Below are positions 28,920-39,200 of a DNA stretch of 64,000 bases, piece by piece. The stretch's first letter is position 1. The number at the start of each line of letters is the position of its first letter. Under the pieces are notes generated by a model, which was not told where the DNA came from, did not search any database, and was given only the letters and a program-made list of their open reading frames with translations. The stretch comes from a bacterium (GTDB lineage: Bacteria > UBA8248): contig OY843592.1 in the NCBI GenBank assembly GCA_963692865.2, forward strand, positions 736,001-800,000, read 5' to 3'. The position numbers were made by a program, and so were the translations under genes.

Positions 28920-29171
28920 GTGAAACTGGACGCCGTGAAATTCGGCCTGGCCGCCGGCATCATCTACGGGGCCATGTTTTTTCTCTACGCCCTCTTGGGC
29001 GCGCTGTTCGGCGTGGGCGGAGAGATGCTGAGGGTGATAGGCGATTTCTACCCGGGCGTTTCCCCCACTTATCCGGGCGCGATCATCGGCGCGGCCTGGG
29101 GGTTCGCGATAGGTTTTCTCTTCTTCACGGTTCTGGCGTGGATCTACAACCGCCTGCTGGGGGAGGAGTAG
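28920..29171 (+). CDS. Small two-TM membrane protein (family often labelled holin-like)
   Basis: MKLDAVKFGLAAG...YPG...GAIIG...AWIYN; GGGAG RBS before GTG. Confidence 0.7.
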   Translation: MKLDAVKFGLAAGIIYGAMFFLYALLGALFGVGGEMLRVIGDFYPGVSPTYPGAIIGAAWGFAIGFLFFTVLAWIYNRLLGEE

Positions 29172-29182
29172 CGGATCCTGGC

Positions 29183-29518
29183 GGGGTTGTTGGAAAAGCC
29201 TGACTTCGTGATTCGGCGTATGAAGCCGACCGGTGAGGATGGGTCCGTAGGGGCGGCCCCCTGTGGCCGCCCTGACTCCGTAGAGCGCCAACCAATCACT
29301 CCCGCCTTGAGGGGGAGTCGAAGAGGCCAAGCCCTTGGGCGAAGGCCGATTCGGTGGGGGGTAAAACGCGTTTCATTGCCATTCCGAATTATACCCCCCA
29401 CCGATTCGCTTTCGGGCTTACGCCCTCAGCTCATCGTCGGTCTCCCCCGAGGGAGACCGACCCTCAAGGGGGGAGTGAAAATTAGCACGCTCCTTCTGTG
29501 GGCTTTTTCAATAATCCC
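29183..29518. mobile_element. Composite MITE-like element
   Basis: Ends GGGTTGTTGGAAAAGCC / GGCTTTTTCAATAATCCC. Contains a GTAGGGGCGGCCCC..GGCCGCCC REP-like palindrome and a TCACTCCCGCCTTGAGGG...CCCTCAAGGGGGGAGTGA inverted pair. Confidence 0.75.
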
Positions 29519-29540
29519 GTAGATGCGGCCCATGAAGGGC

Positions 29541-29580
29541 GACGAAAAAAGCCGGGTCGCATGTATGCGACCCCTACAAC
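29541..29580 (-). repeat. GTAG-type REP-like palindrome
   Basis: GACGAAAAAAGCCGGGTCGCATGTATGCGACCCCTACAAC; inverted diverged copy at 34007-34044. Confidence 0.7.
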
Positions 29581-29651
29581 AGAAATGGCAATGACGCTGG
29601 AATGTCGTTGGGGGATGAATTCTGAGCGAGCACGACTTTTCTCAACACCCC

Positions 29652-30104
29652 CTACCCCAAAGACTTGGCGAGGGCTTCTCCCTGCGCGCGCATCTCGGGC
29701 GTCATGGACTCGTTGTGGGGCAGGAACGCCATGGCGACGTATATGTTCTCGGTTCCGTCCCCCTTCGAGAGGTTGCGGTAGAGCGGCTGGGGGTAGAAGT
29801 CGTTCATCGGCTCCGCATGGCCGATGCGCTCCTCGTTACTCGCGAAATAATACGCCACCACCGCCCTCGGGGGCACCCACCGCACGCGCTCCTCGCCTTC
29901 CGCGTCCACGTCGCGCACAAAGCCGCCGAAGCCCTTGGTGAACGAATCGCCGTACACGAATTGCGCGTTGGCCGCCTCGTCGCAGGTGTCCATCTCCGCG
30001 AGCTGGATGTAGGGGATTTCGTTCGGATCATCTATTCCATCGAGGGGCAGTTCGGTTATTCCGCATGCAGGGCAGATGAAGAAGACGTTTTGGTTTTCAG
30101 CCAT
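29652..30104 (-). CDS. Hypothetical protein with N-terminal CPAC
   Basis: MAENQNVFFICPACG...; AGGAA upstream; host-like codon usage; no family recognised. Confidence 0.7.
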   Translation of the reverse strand: MAENQNVFFICPACGITELPLDGIDDPNEIPYIQLAEMDTCDEAANAQFVYGDSFTKGFGGFVRDVDAEGEERVRWVPPRAVVAYYFASNEERIGHAEPMNDFYPQPLYRNLSKGDGTENIYVAMAFLPHNESMTPEMRAQGEALAKSLG

Positions 30105-30269
30105 GTCGGTGTTCCTGTGCAAGGGGCGCCCGGAAAATCCTCCGGGCCGGCGCGGTGTCATGTATTTAGAGTATTCCGACGATATCGAATCGTGCCAGAG
30201 GTCAATCTCCGGCGCAAGGATGAAAGCGCATTCCGGCTCGTGAAAGCGTGGACGCAATGTCGGTGGCGC

Positions 30270-31142
30270 TCAGCCCCGCGCCCGGGGGTCGAGCGCGTCG
30301 CGCAGCCCGTCGCCCACGTAGTTGATGCTCAGCACGGTGAGTGAAATCGCGAGGCCGGGCCACAAGACGCGCCCGGGGTATTGCTGGAGGTAGTCGGTCG
30401 AATCGTAGAGCAGCCTCCCCCACGTGGGGAAATCCGGCGGAAAGCCCAGCCCCAGGAACGAGAGCGCGGATTCGGTGATGATGGCGTCGCCCACGCCCAG
30501 CGCCGCCGAGATCATGATGGGCGAGACGACGCCCGGCAGGACGTGGCGGAAGATGATGCGCCCCGTGGGCGCTCCGAGCGCGCCCGAGGCGAGCACGAAC
30601 TCGCGCTCTTTGAGAGCGAGCACCTCTCCGCGCACGATGCGGGCGGTCTTCATCCAGGAGGTCAAGCCGATGACCGAGGCGATGAGGATGAAGATGCCCG
30701 TCTCGGGCCCGAAGGCGGCGCGCAGCGCGTCGCGGAAGAGCGCGATGATCACGAGCAGAAGGGGCAGGAGCGGAAGCGCCAGGAAGAGATCCGTGAGCCG
30801 CATGAGCGGGCCGTCGAGACGCCGGAAGTAGCCCGAAGCCACGCCTACAACTGCGCCCAAAGAGAGGGCCAGGCCCATGGCGGCGCCCGCCACCGCGAGC
30901 GAGACGCGCCCGCCCGCCAGCATGCGCGCCAGGGTGTCGCGGCCCAGGCGGTCGGCGCCGAGCGGATGGGCGAGGCTGATGCCCTGGTTGCGCGCGCGGA
31001 TGTCGATGAGGTGCGGGTCGGTTGTCCAAAGGAGCGGGCCGAACACCACGGCGAGCGCCGCTGCGAGCAGGATCCCCGCCCCTATCACCGCCCCCCGGTG
31101 GGTGCGGAACTGCGCCCATGTCCCGCGCCTAGCGCTGGTCAT
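30270..31142 (-). CDS. Peptide/nickel ABC transporter permease (OppC/DppC-like)
   Basis: HPLGADRLGRD, ARIVRGEVL, ESALSFLGLG. Confidence 0.93.
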   Translation of the reverse strand: MTSARRGTWAQFRTHRGAVIGAGILLAAALAVVFGPLLWTTDPHLIDIRARNQGISLAHPLGADRLGRDTLARMLAGGRVSLAVAGAAMGLALSLGAVVGVASGYFRRLDGPLMRLTDLFLALPLLPLLLVIIALFRDALRAAFGPETGIFILIASVIGLTSWMKTARIVRGEVLALKEREFVLASGALGAPTGRIIFRHVLPGVVSPIMISAALGVGDAIITESALSFLGLGFPPDFPTWGRLLYDSTDYLQQYPGRVLWPGLAISLTVLSINYVGDGLRDALDPRARG

Positions 31143-32142
31143 AGCGGATGGTGGGGTCCAGAACCCCGTAGAGGATGTCGGCGGCGAGGTTGAACGCCAC
31201 GATCAGCCCCGCGAAGATGAAGGTCAGCGTCTGTACGGTCGGCAAATCTCCCCCCTGGATGGCGACGATGAGCAACTGCCCCAGCCCGTTCACCTTGAAA
31301 ATCTGTTCGGTGATGATCGCGCCGCCGAAAACCTGCGGCGCGCCCAGCGCGATGATGGTGACGACGGGGATCATCGAGTTGCGCAGCACGTGGACGAAGA
31401 GGATCCGCCGTTCGTGGAAGCCCTTGCCCCGGGCTGTGCGCACGTAGTCGTGGCCCAGGTTCTCGAGCATGGAGGCGCGCATGAAGCGGGCGATCTGCGC
31501 CGCGTTGTAGAGGGCGAGGACGAAGACCGGCATGGCCATCTGGCGCGCCTGGACGAGGAAGCTGCTCCAGTCCGTCACGCGGTGCGTGGTGTCGTAGATG
31601 GAGGGGAACCAGCCGAGTCCCACCGAGAACACCACGATCAGCAAAACGCCGGTGAAGAACGTCGGCACCGAAAACCCCACGGTGGAGACGAAGGCGCCGA
31701 TCTGGTCGAACCAGCCGTATTGCCGGTAGGCGGAGAAGATGCCGATGGGTATCGCGATCAGCACGCCGATGACGTAGGAGAGCCCCACGACCCACAGGGT
31801 CTGCGGCAGGCGCTCGACGATGAGGTCCACGACCGGGGAGCGCGTCTGCCAGCTCAGCACGCGGAGCCGCTCCGAATCGCCCGCGTAGCCGAGCAGGGCG
31901 TCGAGCACGTTCAGCGGCTCGTTGATGAAAAACTGCTTGCACCACAGCAGGTAGCGGACGTGGATGGGCTGGCCCAGCCCCAGGGACTCGCGGATTTTCT
32001 GGCGCACCTCGGGCGGAATCGTGAGGGGCAGGTTCGCCGTGGGGTCGCTGGGCGCGAGGTCCAAGAGCAGGAATATGACGAGGCTGATGAAGAGCAGCGT
32101 GGGAACGGCGAAGAGCAGCCGCCTGATCGTGTAGGTTCCCAT
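31129..32142 (-). CDS. Peptide/nickel ABC transporter permease (OppB/DppB-like)
   Basis: YTIRRLL, DYVRTARGKG, HVLRNS, DILYGVLDPTIR. Confidence 0.93.
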   Translation of the reverse strand: MGTYTIRRLLFAVPTLLFISLVIFLLLDLAPSDPTANLPLTIPPEVRQKIRESLGLGQPIHVRYLLWCKQFFINEPLNVLDALLGYAGDSERLRVLSWQTRSPVVDLIVERLPQTLWVVGLSYVIGVLIAIPIGIFSAYRQYGWFDQIGAFVSTVGFSVPTFFTGVLLIVVFSVGLGWFPSIYDTTHRVTDWSSFLVQARQMAMPVFVLALYNAAQIARFMRASMLENLGHDYVRTARGKGFHERRILFVHVLRNSMIPVVTIIALGAPQVFGGAIITEQIFKVNGLGQLLIVAIQGGDLPTVQTLTFIFAGLIVAFNLAADILYGVLDPTIRYDQR

Positions 32143-32186
32143 CGCCCGTATGCCTCGCTCGCCTGGGCCTTAAGCGGCGCGCGGGC

Positions 32187-33884
32187 CTATTTGACGCGGC
32201 GCCAGTCGGCGATGTTCCAAAGCTCCGAATCCCAGGTGTTCAGAACCACGCCGCCCAGCGATTTCGCGTGGGCCGATACGCGCCCCCGGTCGACCAGCGG
32301 GATGAGCACGTAGGCCTGCACCACCATGTCGTTCATGGCCTTGGCGAGGCGGGCCCGTTCTTTCAGCGCGCCGGCGCGCGCCATTTTGGCGATGAGCGCG
32401 TCGTAGGCGGGGTCGCAGAAGCGCGGCACGTTGTTGCCCTGCCACTGCGTTTCGGGACGCGGCGCTTCCTTGCACGCCCAGTTCGCCATGTAGGATTCCG
32501 GGTCCGTGCCGTCGAAGTTGTTGGCGTACATCTGCACGTCGGCCTGGAATTTCTGGAACGTGTCGCCGCTCGCCGGGTCGCCGCCGAAGAACACCGAGGC
32601 GCTGATGTTGCGAAGCTCGGTCTCCACCCCGATCTTCGACCACCATTGTTTTATCAGCGCCTGGAAATCCTGGCGCACGGCGTTGGTGGAGGTCTGGTAG
32701 AGGATCGAGAGCTTGACCCCGTTCTTCATGCGCACGCCGTCCGGCCCGCGCTTCCAGCCCGCCGCATCAAGCAGCCTGTTCGCGCCGGGGATGTCCTGCT
32801 TGAGGCACGTATCGTTCGCCGTGGACTTGTAGACGGCGGGGGCGGGGAGGACGTTGCAGGTCGGCCTGCCCGCCGGGCCGTAGCCGATCTCGACGAGCAG
32901 CTTGCGGTCTATCGCCATCGAGAGCGCCTTGCGCACGCGGACGTCCGAGAGGAACGGGTGGGGGTGTTTGGCGGTGGAGCGCTCCTTGCCGAGTCCGGGA
33001 GCCGGGTTCGTCAGGTTCACGACGATGCGCTCGACGAGCGTGCCGAACGAGGAGATGACCACTCCCTTGCCCGCCTTTTTCATGTTCGCGAGCACGTCGG
33101 GTGCGAGTTGCAGGTTCCAGGCGTAGTCGAACTCGCCGGTCTCCAGGACCGCGCGGGCCGCCGCCGCCGCGTCGCCCCCTCCCTTGAAGGTCACCCGGGC
33201 GAAGGCCGGCTTGGCCGGCTCGCGGTAGTTGGGATTGGCGACGAAGGAGATGACGTCGTTCGGGCGGAACGCGGCCACGGAGAAGGGGCCCGTTCCGATG
33301 GGCTTGAAGTTGGCGTCGGTGCAGCGCGGCGCCTTGGCGCCCAGGCAATCGGAGAACTGCGCCGCCTGGATGATCGGCGCCTGCGCGCCGACGAACGGCC
33401 CGTAGGGAAAGGGTTTCGCGACGCCGAAGGTCACGCGCACCGTTCGCGCGTCCAGGGCCTCCACGTTCTTCACGTCGTTGTATTTCTCGCTCTGGGAGCA
33501 GCCCCCCCGGGGATGGGTGCAGTATTTCCAGGTGAACACCGCGTCGCGCGCCGTGAGGGGCGTTCCGTCCGCCCACTTGAGGCCGCTCCTGAGCTTCCAG
33601 GTGATGGCGCGCAAATCCTTCGAGACGCCGCCGTTTTCCAGCGTGGGGACCCGCTCGGCGAGCCAGGGCGTCATGTTCCCGTTCTGGTCGTAGCGCGCGA
33701 GGGGCTCCAGAACCAGCGACGCGGCCTCAACCTCCTTGGTGCCGCCCGAGAGGTACGGGTTCATGGTGGAGGGCGCCTGCCAGTAGATGATGCGCAGATG
33801 CCCGTCGGCCCCGCGCGCGGCATGGGCGGCCTGCGCGGTGAGGAAAACACCAAGGGCGGCGATGAGAGCCAGTGCGGTTTTCAC
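32187..33884 (-). CDS. Peptide ABC transporter substrate-binding protein (family 5)
   Basis: Signal peptide from GTG 33884, WKLRSGLKWADG, PIGTGPF, DVRVRKAL, WNIADW. Confidence 0.92.
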   Translation of the reverse strand: MKTALALIAALGVFLTAQAAHAARGADGHLRIIYWQAPSTMNPYLSGGTKEVEAASLVLEPLARYDQNGNMTPWLAERVPTLENGGVSKDLRAITWKLRSGLKWADGTPLTARDAVFTWKYCTHPRGGCSQSEKYNDVKNVEALDARTVRVTFGVAKPFPYGPFVGAQAPIIQAAQFSDCLGAKAPRCTDANFKPIGTGPFSVAAFRPNDVISFVANPNYREPAKPAFARVTFKGGGDAAAAARAVLETGEFDYAWNLQLAPDVLANMKKAGKGVVISSFGTLVERIVVNLTNPAPGLGKERSTAKHPHPFLSDVRVRKALSMAIDRKLLVEIGYGPAGRPTCNVLPAPAVYKSTANDTCLKQDIPGANRLLDAAGWKRGPDGVRMKNGVKLSILYQTSTNAVRQDFQALIKQWWSKIGVETELRNISASVFFGGDPASGDTFQKFQADVQMYANNFDGTDPESYMANWACKEAPRPETQWQGNNVPRFCDPAYDALIAKMARAGALKERARLAKAMNDMVVQAYVLIPLVDRGRVSAHAKSLGGVVLNTWDSELWNIADWRRVK

Positions 33885-34006
33885 GCTTTTGTCCTCGCGT
33901 TTTTGGGTAGTTGACGGGTTCGCGGCGCGAGTGCGCCCAAGCGGGAAATATCCTAGAAGGCGGGGCGGGGAATTGCAACAGGAAAATAAAGGGGTGAGAA
34001 GCCTTG

Positions 34007-34044
34007 GTAGAGGTTGTATACATGCGACCCGGCTTTTTTTCGTC
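34007..34044 (+). repeat. GTAG-type REP-like palindrome (degenerate)
   Basis: GTAGAGGTTGTATACATGCGACCCGGCTTTTTTTCGTC; inverted partner of 29541-29580. Confidence 0.65.
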
Positions 34045-34120
34045 GGACCCGGCAAAGGAACGCATTTATGTGTCCCCTATGGGTTGATGAGCAGCGAATG
34101 ATGACGTTCTATCTAAATTG

Positions 34121-34215
34121 CCGTCATTCCGGTGTCAGTCCCGACTGAGGAAGGAGGGGCTGCGGAATCCATTTTCAAGTGGAATGACAATACTCCGGCT
34201 TTTCATCTCCCCGTC
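34121..34215 (+). repeat. Left arm of GTCATTCCGG...GGAATCCA element
   Basis: CCGTCATTCCGG[insert]CGGAATCCATTTTCAAGTGGAATGACAATACTCCGGCTTTTCATCTCCCCGTC closely matches 15875-15946. Confidence 0.75.
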
Positions 34216-34249
34216 CAATGGCAAACTCAATCCGATGGGCGGTGACAAA

Positions 34250-34732
34250 TCAAGGCAACGAAAGATTCTTCCGCACACTTGAAATACCGCTTTGGCTGAG
34301 TTGCCGGGCTTGACGGGAATTCTTTAGAATATTGACACCAGAACTGGCAATCCACACGAAACGAAAGTCGTCTTTGGCGAAAATTGTCATTTTCTTGAGT
34401 TGCTCGGCTTCGCTATTCAGCCAGTCCCGCAACCACTGCAGTTTGTTGACAACCCCAGAAACTTCCCTTGTCGTCGCCGAGTGCACTTCTACCCAAACTG
34501 CGCATTCCCGTCCGTTTTCCGGTTTATAGCCGAGACCGTAATCCCAGCGCGGTTTATCGGCGTAACCCGGCTCTTGCGCCAAGGCCGAGTCCAGAAAGAT
34601 GCTCCCGGTCAGCCGTCGTGAATCGGCGCATGTCACGAGTCTGCGATGCCTGTTCTCCAATGCCTGTTTTCCTTGACAATACGCGCGATTCACCGGGGAC
34701 GGCGCGGCCTCGACCGCCTTCTTGAAGGTCAT
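34250..34732 (-). CDS. Hypothetical protein coupled to AAA ATPase (possible PD-(D/E)xK-like nuclease)
   Basis: ATGA overlap with the ATPase stop; RWDYGLGY...VWVEVHSA pattern. Confidence 0.7.
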   Translation of the reverse strand: MTFKKAVEAAPSPVNRAYCQGKQALENRHRRLVTCADSRRLTGSIFLDSALAQEPGYADKPRWDYGLGYKPENGRECAVWVEVHSATTREVSGVVNKLQWLRDWLNSEAEQLKKMTIFAKDDFRFVWIASSGVNILKNSRQARQLSQSGISSVRKNLSLP

Positions 34733-35913
34733 GACGCATCGGTCGGCAGGCGGTTAACGACTTCAGCGACAATATCCCCTACATTGCCGGAGAATTCGGT
34801 GAGGCCGCCCCAGCCTCCTTCCGCGATATCATCCGAGCCGGGGTCGAGGTCGGATATGTCATGAACAACGCCGTCCCGTTTGAAATAGTATGTTCTGAAT
34901 TCGCTCTTTAGAGCAGTATCAGCCAATTCCTTCGTTTTGTTATTGCGGGCAAGACCGAGAAGCTTCAGGACATCTCCGATTTCTCCGCCGTTTTCCTGAA
35001 AGAAGCGCAGCGCCCATACGACGTCGAGGACATGGGGCGAGTGCGTGGAGATGCAAACGCGGTATCCGCGCAACTGCAATTCCATGATGAGATTTAGTAC
35101 CGCTCCGATTCCGTTCGGATGCAGTCCCATTTCCGGTTCTTCGATTACGACCCATTCTATATCGTTGCGGGTCGGTACTTTGGACGGCGGTAGAAGCCAG
35201 TACAGCCCGAGCAACAGCGGCACGAATTCACGTTGCCCGGCCGACCATACGAGATAAGGCAAAGAGTTACCGGAACTCTGATTCAGAACCAGACGCCCCT
35301 GGTGACCCGACGTATCCGTGCGCAGCCCGAAATCTCCAAAAATATGTTTTTCCAAAGGCTTCCGCAGGGTCGCCGCCAAACGTTGCGAACGTGGGAAGAT
35401 ATTTTGATCGAGACCGATTTCATTTTGTACGATGTTGTGGAGCTTTTCACTGAAATCCCGAAGAACGAAGGGATCTCCAGCCCGGTAATCATTAAACGGT
35501 CGGGTCATTCCGTCTCGCAGGCTCATGACTCGTTGAGCGGGTATATAAAACAATTTTTCCGAAGCTTTGGATCGACTACGGCGTGTGTAGCCCATTAGAT
35601 CGGTAGGCTTGAGATCAGAAGGCTTGCTTTTCTGGCCCAAGAACAATCTGCTGTTCTCTTCCGACCAGATCGACGCCATCCCTTCACCGAAATACAGATC
35701 GAAAAAGGTTTTCGAATCGCTACTCTGCGCCAAACTAAAGTGCTTCATGGTCTTGTGTATTGCAGATTTGTCTACAAGCAGTTTCAGGAGTTGCAAGAAG
35801 ATACTTTTTCCGGTCGCCTGCGGGCCTACGAATATTGTTATGTCACCAAAGCGGATGTCCGCTTCTTTGACCGGCCCGATATTGGAAGCTCTTATTCGCT
35901 CGACCATACCCAA
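34729..35913 (-). CDS. AAA_15/AAA_21-type ABC-like ATPase (AbiEii/OLD-related)
   Basis: NIGPVKEADI, Walker A GPQATGKS, YIPAQR, SAGQRE, Walker B IEEPEMGLHP, H-loop STHSP; no TM partner; atypical codon usage. Confidence 0.88.
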   Translation of the reverse strand: MGMVERIRASNIGPVKEADIRFGDITIFVGPQATGKSIFLQLLKLLVDKSAIHKTMKHFSLAQSSDSKTFFDLYFGEGMASIWSEENSRLFLGQKSKPSDLKPTDLMGYTRRSRSKASEKLFYIPAQRVMSLRDGMTRPFNDYRAGDPFVLRDFSEKLHNIVQNEIGLDQNIFPRSQRLAATLRKPLEKHIFGDFGLRTDTSGHQGRLVLNQSSGNSLPYLVWSAGQREFVPLLLGLYWLLPPSKVPTRNDIEWVVIEEPEMGLHPNGIGAVLNLIMELQLRGYRVCISTHSPHVLDVVWALRFFQENGGEIGDVLKLLGLARNNKTKELADTALKSEFRTYYFKRDGVVHDISDLDPGSDDIAEGGWGGLTEFSGNVGDIVAEVVNRLPTDAS

Positions 35914-36067
35914 ACTGCCTTCGAGTTAAGAGTTTTTGCTCATCATGAGCACCACTGTTTTGATGCTATTGTGTCAAAAAACCTGGCGTTCCACCAACCT
36001 TGCTAAATCTTGAAAGCGATATCCCGGTTCAAGCTCGGAATACAGAATCGATGTGTCTCTGATCCAC

Positions 36068-36184
36068 ATGGATTCCGGCTTTCGCCGGAATGACGGGAAA
36101 AAACCGTAAGCCCTTTTGCATTGACTGGCACAATCCCTCTGCCAGAAAAACAGGGGCGACCCCCGTTGGAGGCCGCCCCTACAA
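36068..36184 (-). repeat. Right arm of GTCATTCCGG element plus REP-like palindrome
   Basis: ATGGATTCCGGCTTTCGCCGGAATGACGG (36068-36096), then GGGGCGACCCCCG..GGAGGCCGCCCCTACA. Confidence 0.75.
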
Positions 36185-36242
36185 ATGTTCGTTGTTTTGC
36201 TGCGAAGAGGCCGTTCTTGTGAACGGCCCCTACAGAGTTATC

Positions 36243-39200
36243 CTACCAGCGCAGGGAGCCGCGCAGCGCCACGCCGTGGACGGGGTCGTCGTCCTGGCGT
36301 TCGCGCACGCCGCCCTCGACGCTCATGCTGAGGCGTTCGCCCACCCTGAAGCGGCCGCCCAGGCGGTAGGCGCCGCCGTCCTCAGAGGCCGAAAGCCCCG
36401 CGTAAGGCGTGAGCAGACCGCCCCAGGCGGCGAGCCCGTAGCCCACCTCCGCGCGGACGCGGGGGTCCGTGTCCCCGGCCTCCTCGCGCGCCAGGCGCGA
36501 GGCGTCCTCGACGCCCCACAGCCGCCCGGCGCCGCCCGCCGTCTCGCCCACGGCGGGCTCCACGGTGAGGGCGAGCCCCCGGCCCGCCTCGCCCGGGTCG
36601 ATGCGGATCATGCCGCCCGCGCCCCAGTCCGCCGCGTCTTCCCCTTCATGCGTTATCAGCCCGCGCGCCCTGAGCTCCAGCGTGAGGCCCCAGGCGGGGT
36701 TCGCGAAGTGGAGACTTCCCCCCACCTCCACGCCGACGCCCTCGTCCGCGTCGCCCCCGTCGTGGCGGAGGCCCGCCTCCACCGAGGGCGTGAACGCGCC
36801 GCCATTCTCCATCGCCACCTCGCGCGAGGCCTCCAGCATCAACCGAAGCCGCGTCGCCTCCGCCGAGACCGCCGCGAGGCCGCCGGCCGCGTCCGCGTCC
36901 GTCTGCGCGAGTAGGGCGTCGGACTTGAGCGCCAGATCGAACCCGCCCACCTTGGCCAATTCGCCCCGGACCCCGAACGCGCCCATGCGCGTCTCGAGAT
37001 CCGTCTCGATCTTCCGTCCCTTCTCCTCCAGCGTCATCTCGCCCCGGCCCATGCCGAGGACGCCCCATACCGATATCCGCTCGTTCAGCGCGAAGCGCAG
37101 GTAGGGGTGCGCGCTCACGAGCTTCGCCTCCACCCCGCTGCGTCCCGCGCTCCCGAAGCCGCCCTTGCCCCTGGCGTGGGAGAGCGCCACGCCCAGGAGG
37201 ACGCCGTCCTTCTCGTAGTCCATCCCCAGCATGGCCGTCGTCACGTCGCCTTGGGCGCCGCCGCCCTCGAACGAGGTTTGCGCGCCGCGTCCCCACATCG
37301 ACCAGCGTCCGCCCGGGACGGCCTCGGCCTCCTTCGCCGAGGCCAGGTGGAACGAGCCGCCACGGAGGAGTTCGCTCACCGTCGTCTCGCGGTATCCAGG
37401 TCCGCCGGCGGTTCCCCGCCGCGCGAGGCCGCCGGAAGCCCCGCCTTGTTTCGCCAGGAGACGCTCTATATCCTCGTTCAGGTCCACGCCATGCCCGCCG
37501 ATAGTCATCTTCGCCCCCTCGGGCGCGGGGGCGTTCATGCGGCCGGTGATCATCTCCACCGCCCCGCTCCCCGCCGCCCGGCCGAAGCGCGCCAGCCAGC
37601 CGGTGGGCGGCGCCGCGGGCGCGGCAGGCGTCGCGGCGGCGGATTCGGGCGAGGCCGCGCCCGCGCCCACCGCGTTCACCGCGCGCACCTTGAAGCGGTA
37701 GGCCACGCCGTTCGTCAGGCCCGTGACGGTGTGGCTCCTCGTGGACGCCCCGCTGTCCGGGACGTCTCTCCAGATCGTCTCGAAGGGTTTGCCGCCCTCC
37801 TTCCTGACGTACTGCCACTTCGTGATCGCAGAACCGCCGTCGCCGCCCGGGGTCCACGACAGCGCGACGCGCGCGTCGCCCGCCGCCACTCCCGGCATCG
37901 AGGGCGCGAGGGGCGCCGTGGTCGTCGGACCTGCCTCCGGCGCACCCCCCGCCTCGTTCGACCACGCCCCGTCGCCGGTTGCGTTCACGGCCGCCACCCG
38001 CAACGTGTATTCCGTCGCGTTCGTCAGGCCGGTAATCGTGTGCTCCGCGCCCGTGGCGCCCGCCTGGCGGCTCGTCGCGTCCCAGCTCTCGTTCCCCGAC
38101 TTCCACTGCACCTTGTAGCTCGTCGCGCTCCGGACGTCCGTCCACGACACCCTGAGTTGCTCGTTGAGGGCGGCGACGATCACGACGCCGGTCGTCTTGC
38201 CCGGCTTCGTGAGGAACGGTGGCGCGCTCGCAAGTTCCACGAGGCAGTCCTTGTCGCCGTAGGCCTTGAAGGCGTAGTCCGTCCCCGGCGTCAGGTTCAC
38301 AAGGCTCGCCGTCAAGGTTCCGATGTCGATCTTCGAGGAACAGGCCCCGCCCGCCGGCGAGACGTATCGGTACCACCAGTCGCCCGCGTGGTTGGCGATG
38401 GTGAGCGTCGCCGTCGCCGCCTCGATTGAATTTGCGGTCAGGGTCGATGCCACCGGCATCACGGAGGCCGACTCGTCCGATTCCTCGCCGTCGCCCGAGG
38501 CGTTCACGGCGCGCACCTTGAAGACGTAGTCCGTCCCGTCCGTGAGGCCGGAGACGACATGGTTCAGCGTCCGCGACGTGGCGTCGACGCCGGTCCAATC
38601 CGGGTCGAAGTTTCCGTTCTCGGGCTTCTTCTTGTACTCCCACCTCCTCAGGTCGGCGTTGCCCGTCACCGAGGAGGCGAGGGTGAGCTTGCCGTTGCCC
38701 GCGCCCGGCATCGCCGTCGGTTTGGCCGGCTTCGGCGGGAGGGTCGGGAACGCCACAGCCGTAGCCACCGCTGTCGCGCAACTGTCGCTGTAGGCCGTGA
38801 AGGTGTAGCTGGTGTTCGCCGCCAGGTTCGTCACGCTCGCCGTCGTCCCGGTCTGCTCGGTGGAGCAGGTCCCGGAGGCGTGCTTGTAGTGCCAATTGCC
38901 CGGATAGTTGCCGATGGTGAGGGTCGCCCCGTTCTTCGTGACGTTCGAGACCGTCAGCGTCTCGTCCGCCGGCGCCGCCGCAACCGACTCGTCGGACTCC
39001 TCGCCGTCGCCCGAGGCGTTCACGGCGCGCACCTTGAAGACGTAGTCCGTCCCGTCCGTGAGGCCGGAGACGACGTGGTTCAGCGTCCGCGATGTGGCGG
39101 CGACGCCGGTCCAGTCCTGATCGAAGTTGCCGCCCGCCTCTTTCTTCTTGTACTCCCATCTGCTCAGGTCGGCGTTGCCCGTCACCGAGGAGGCGAGGAT

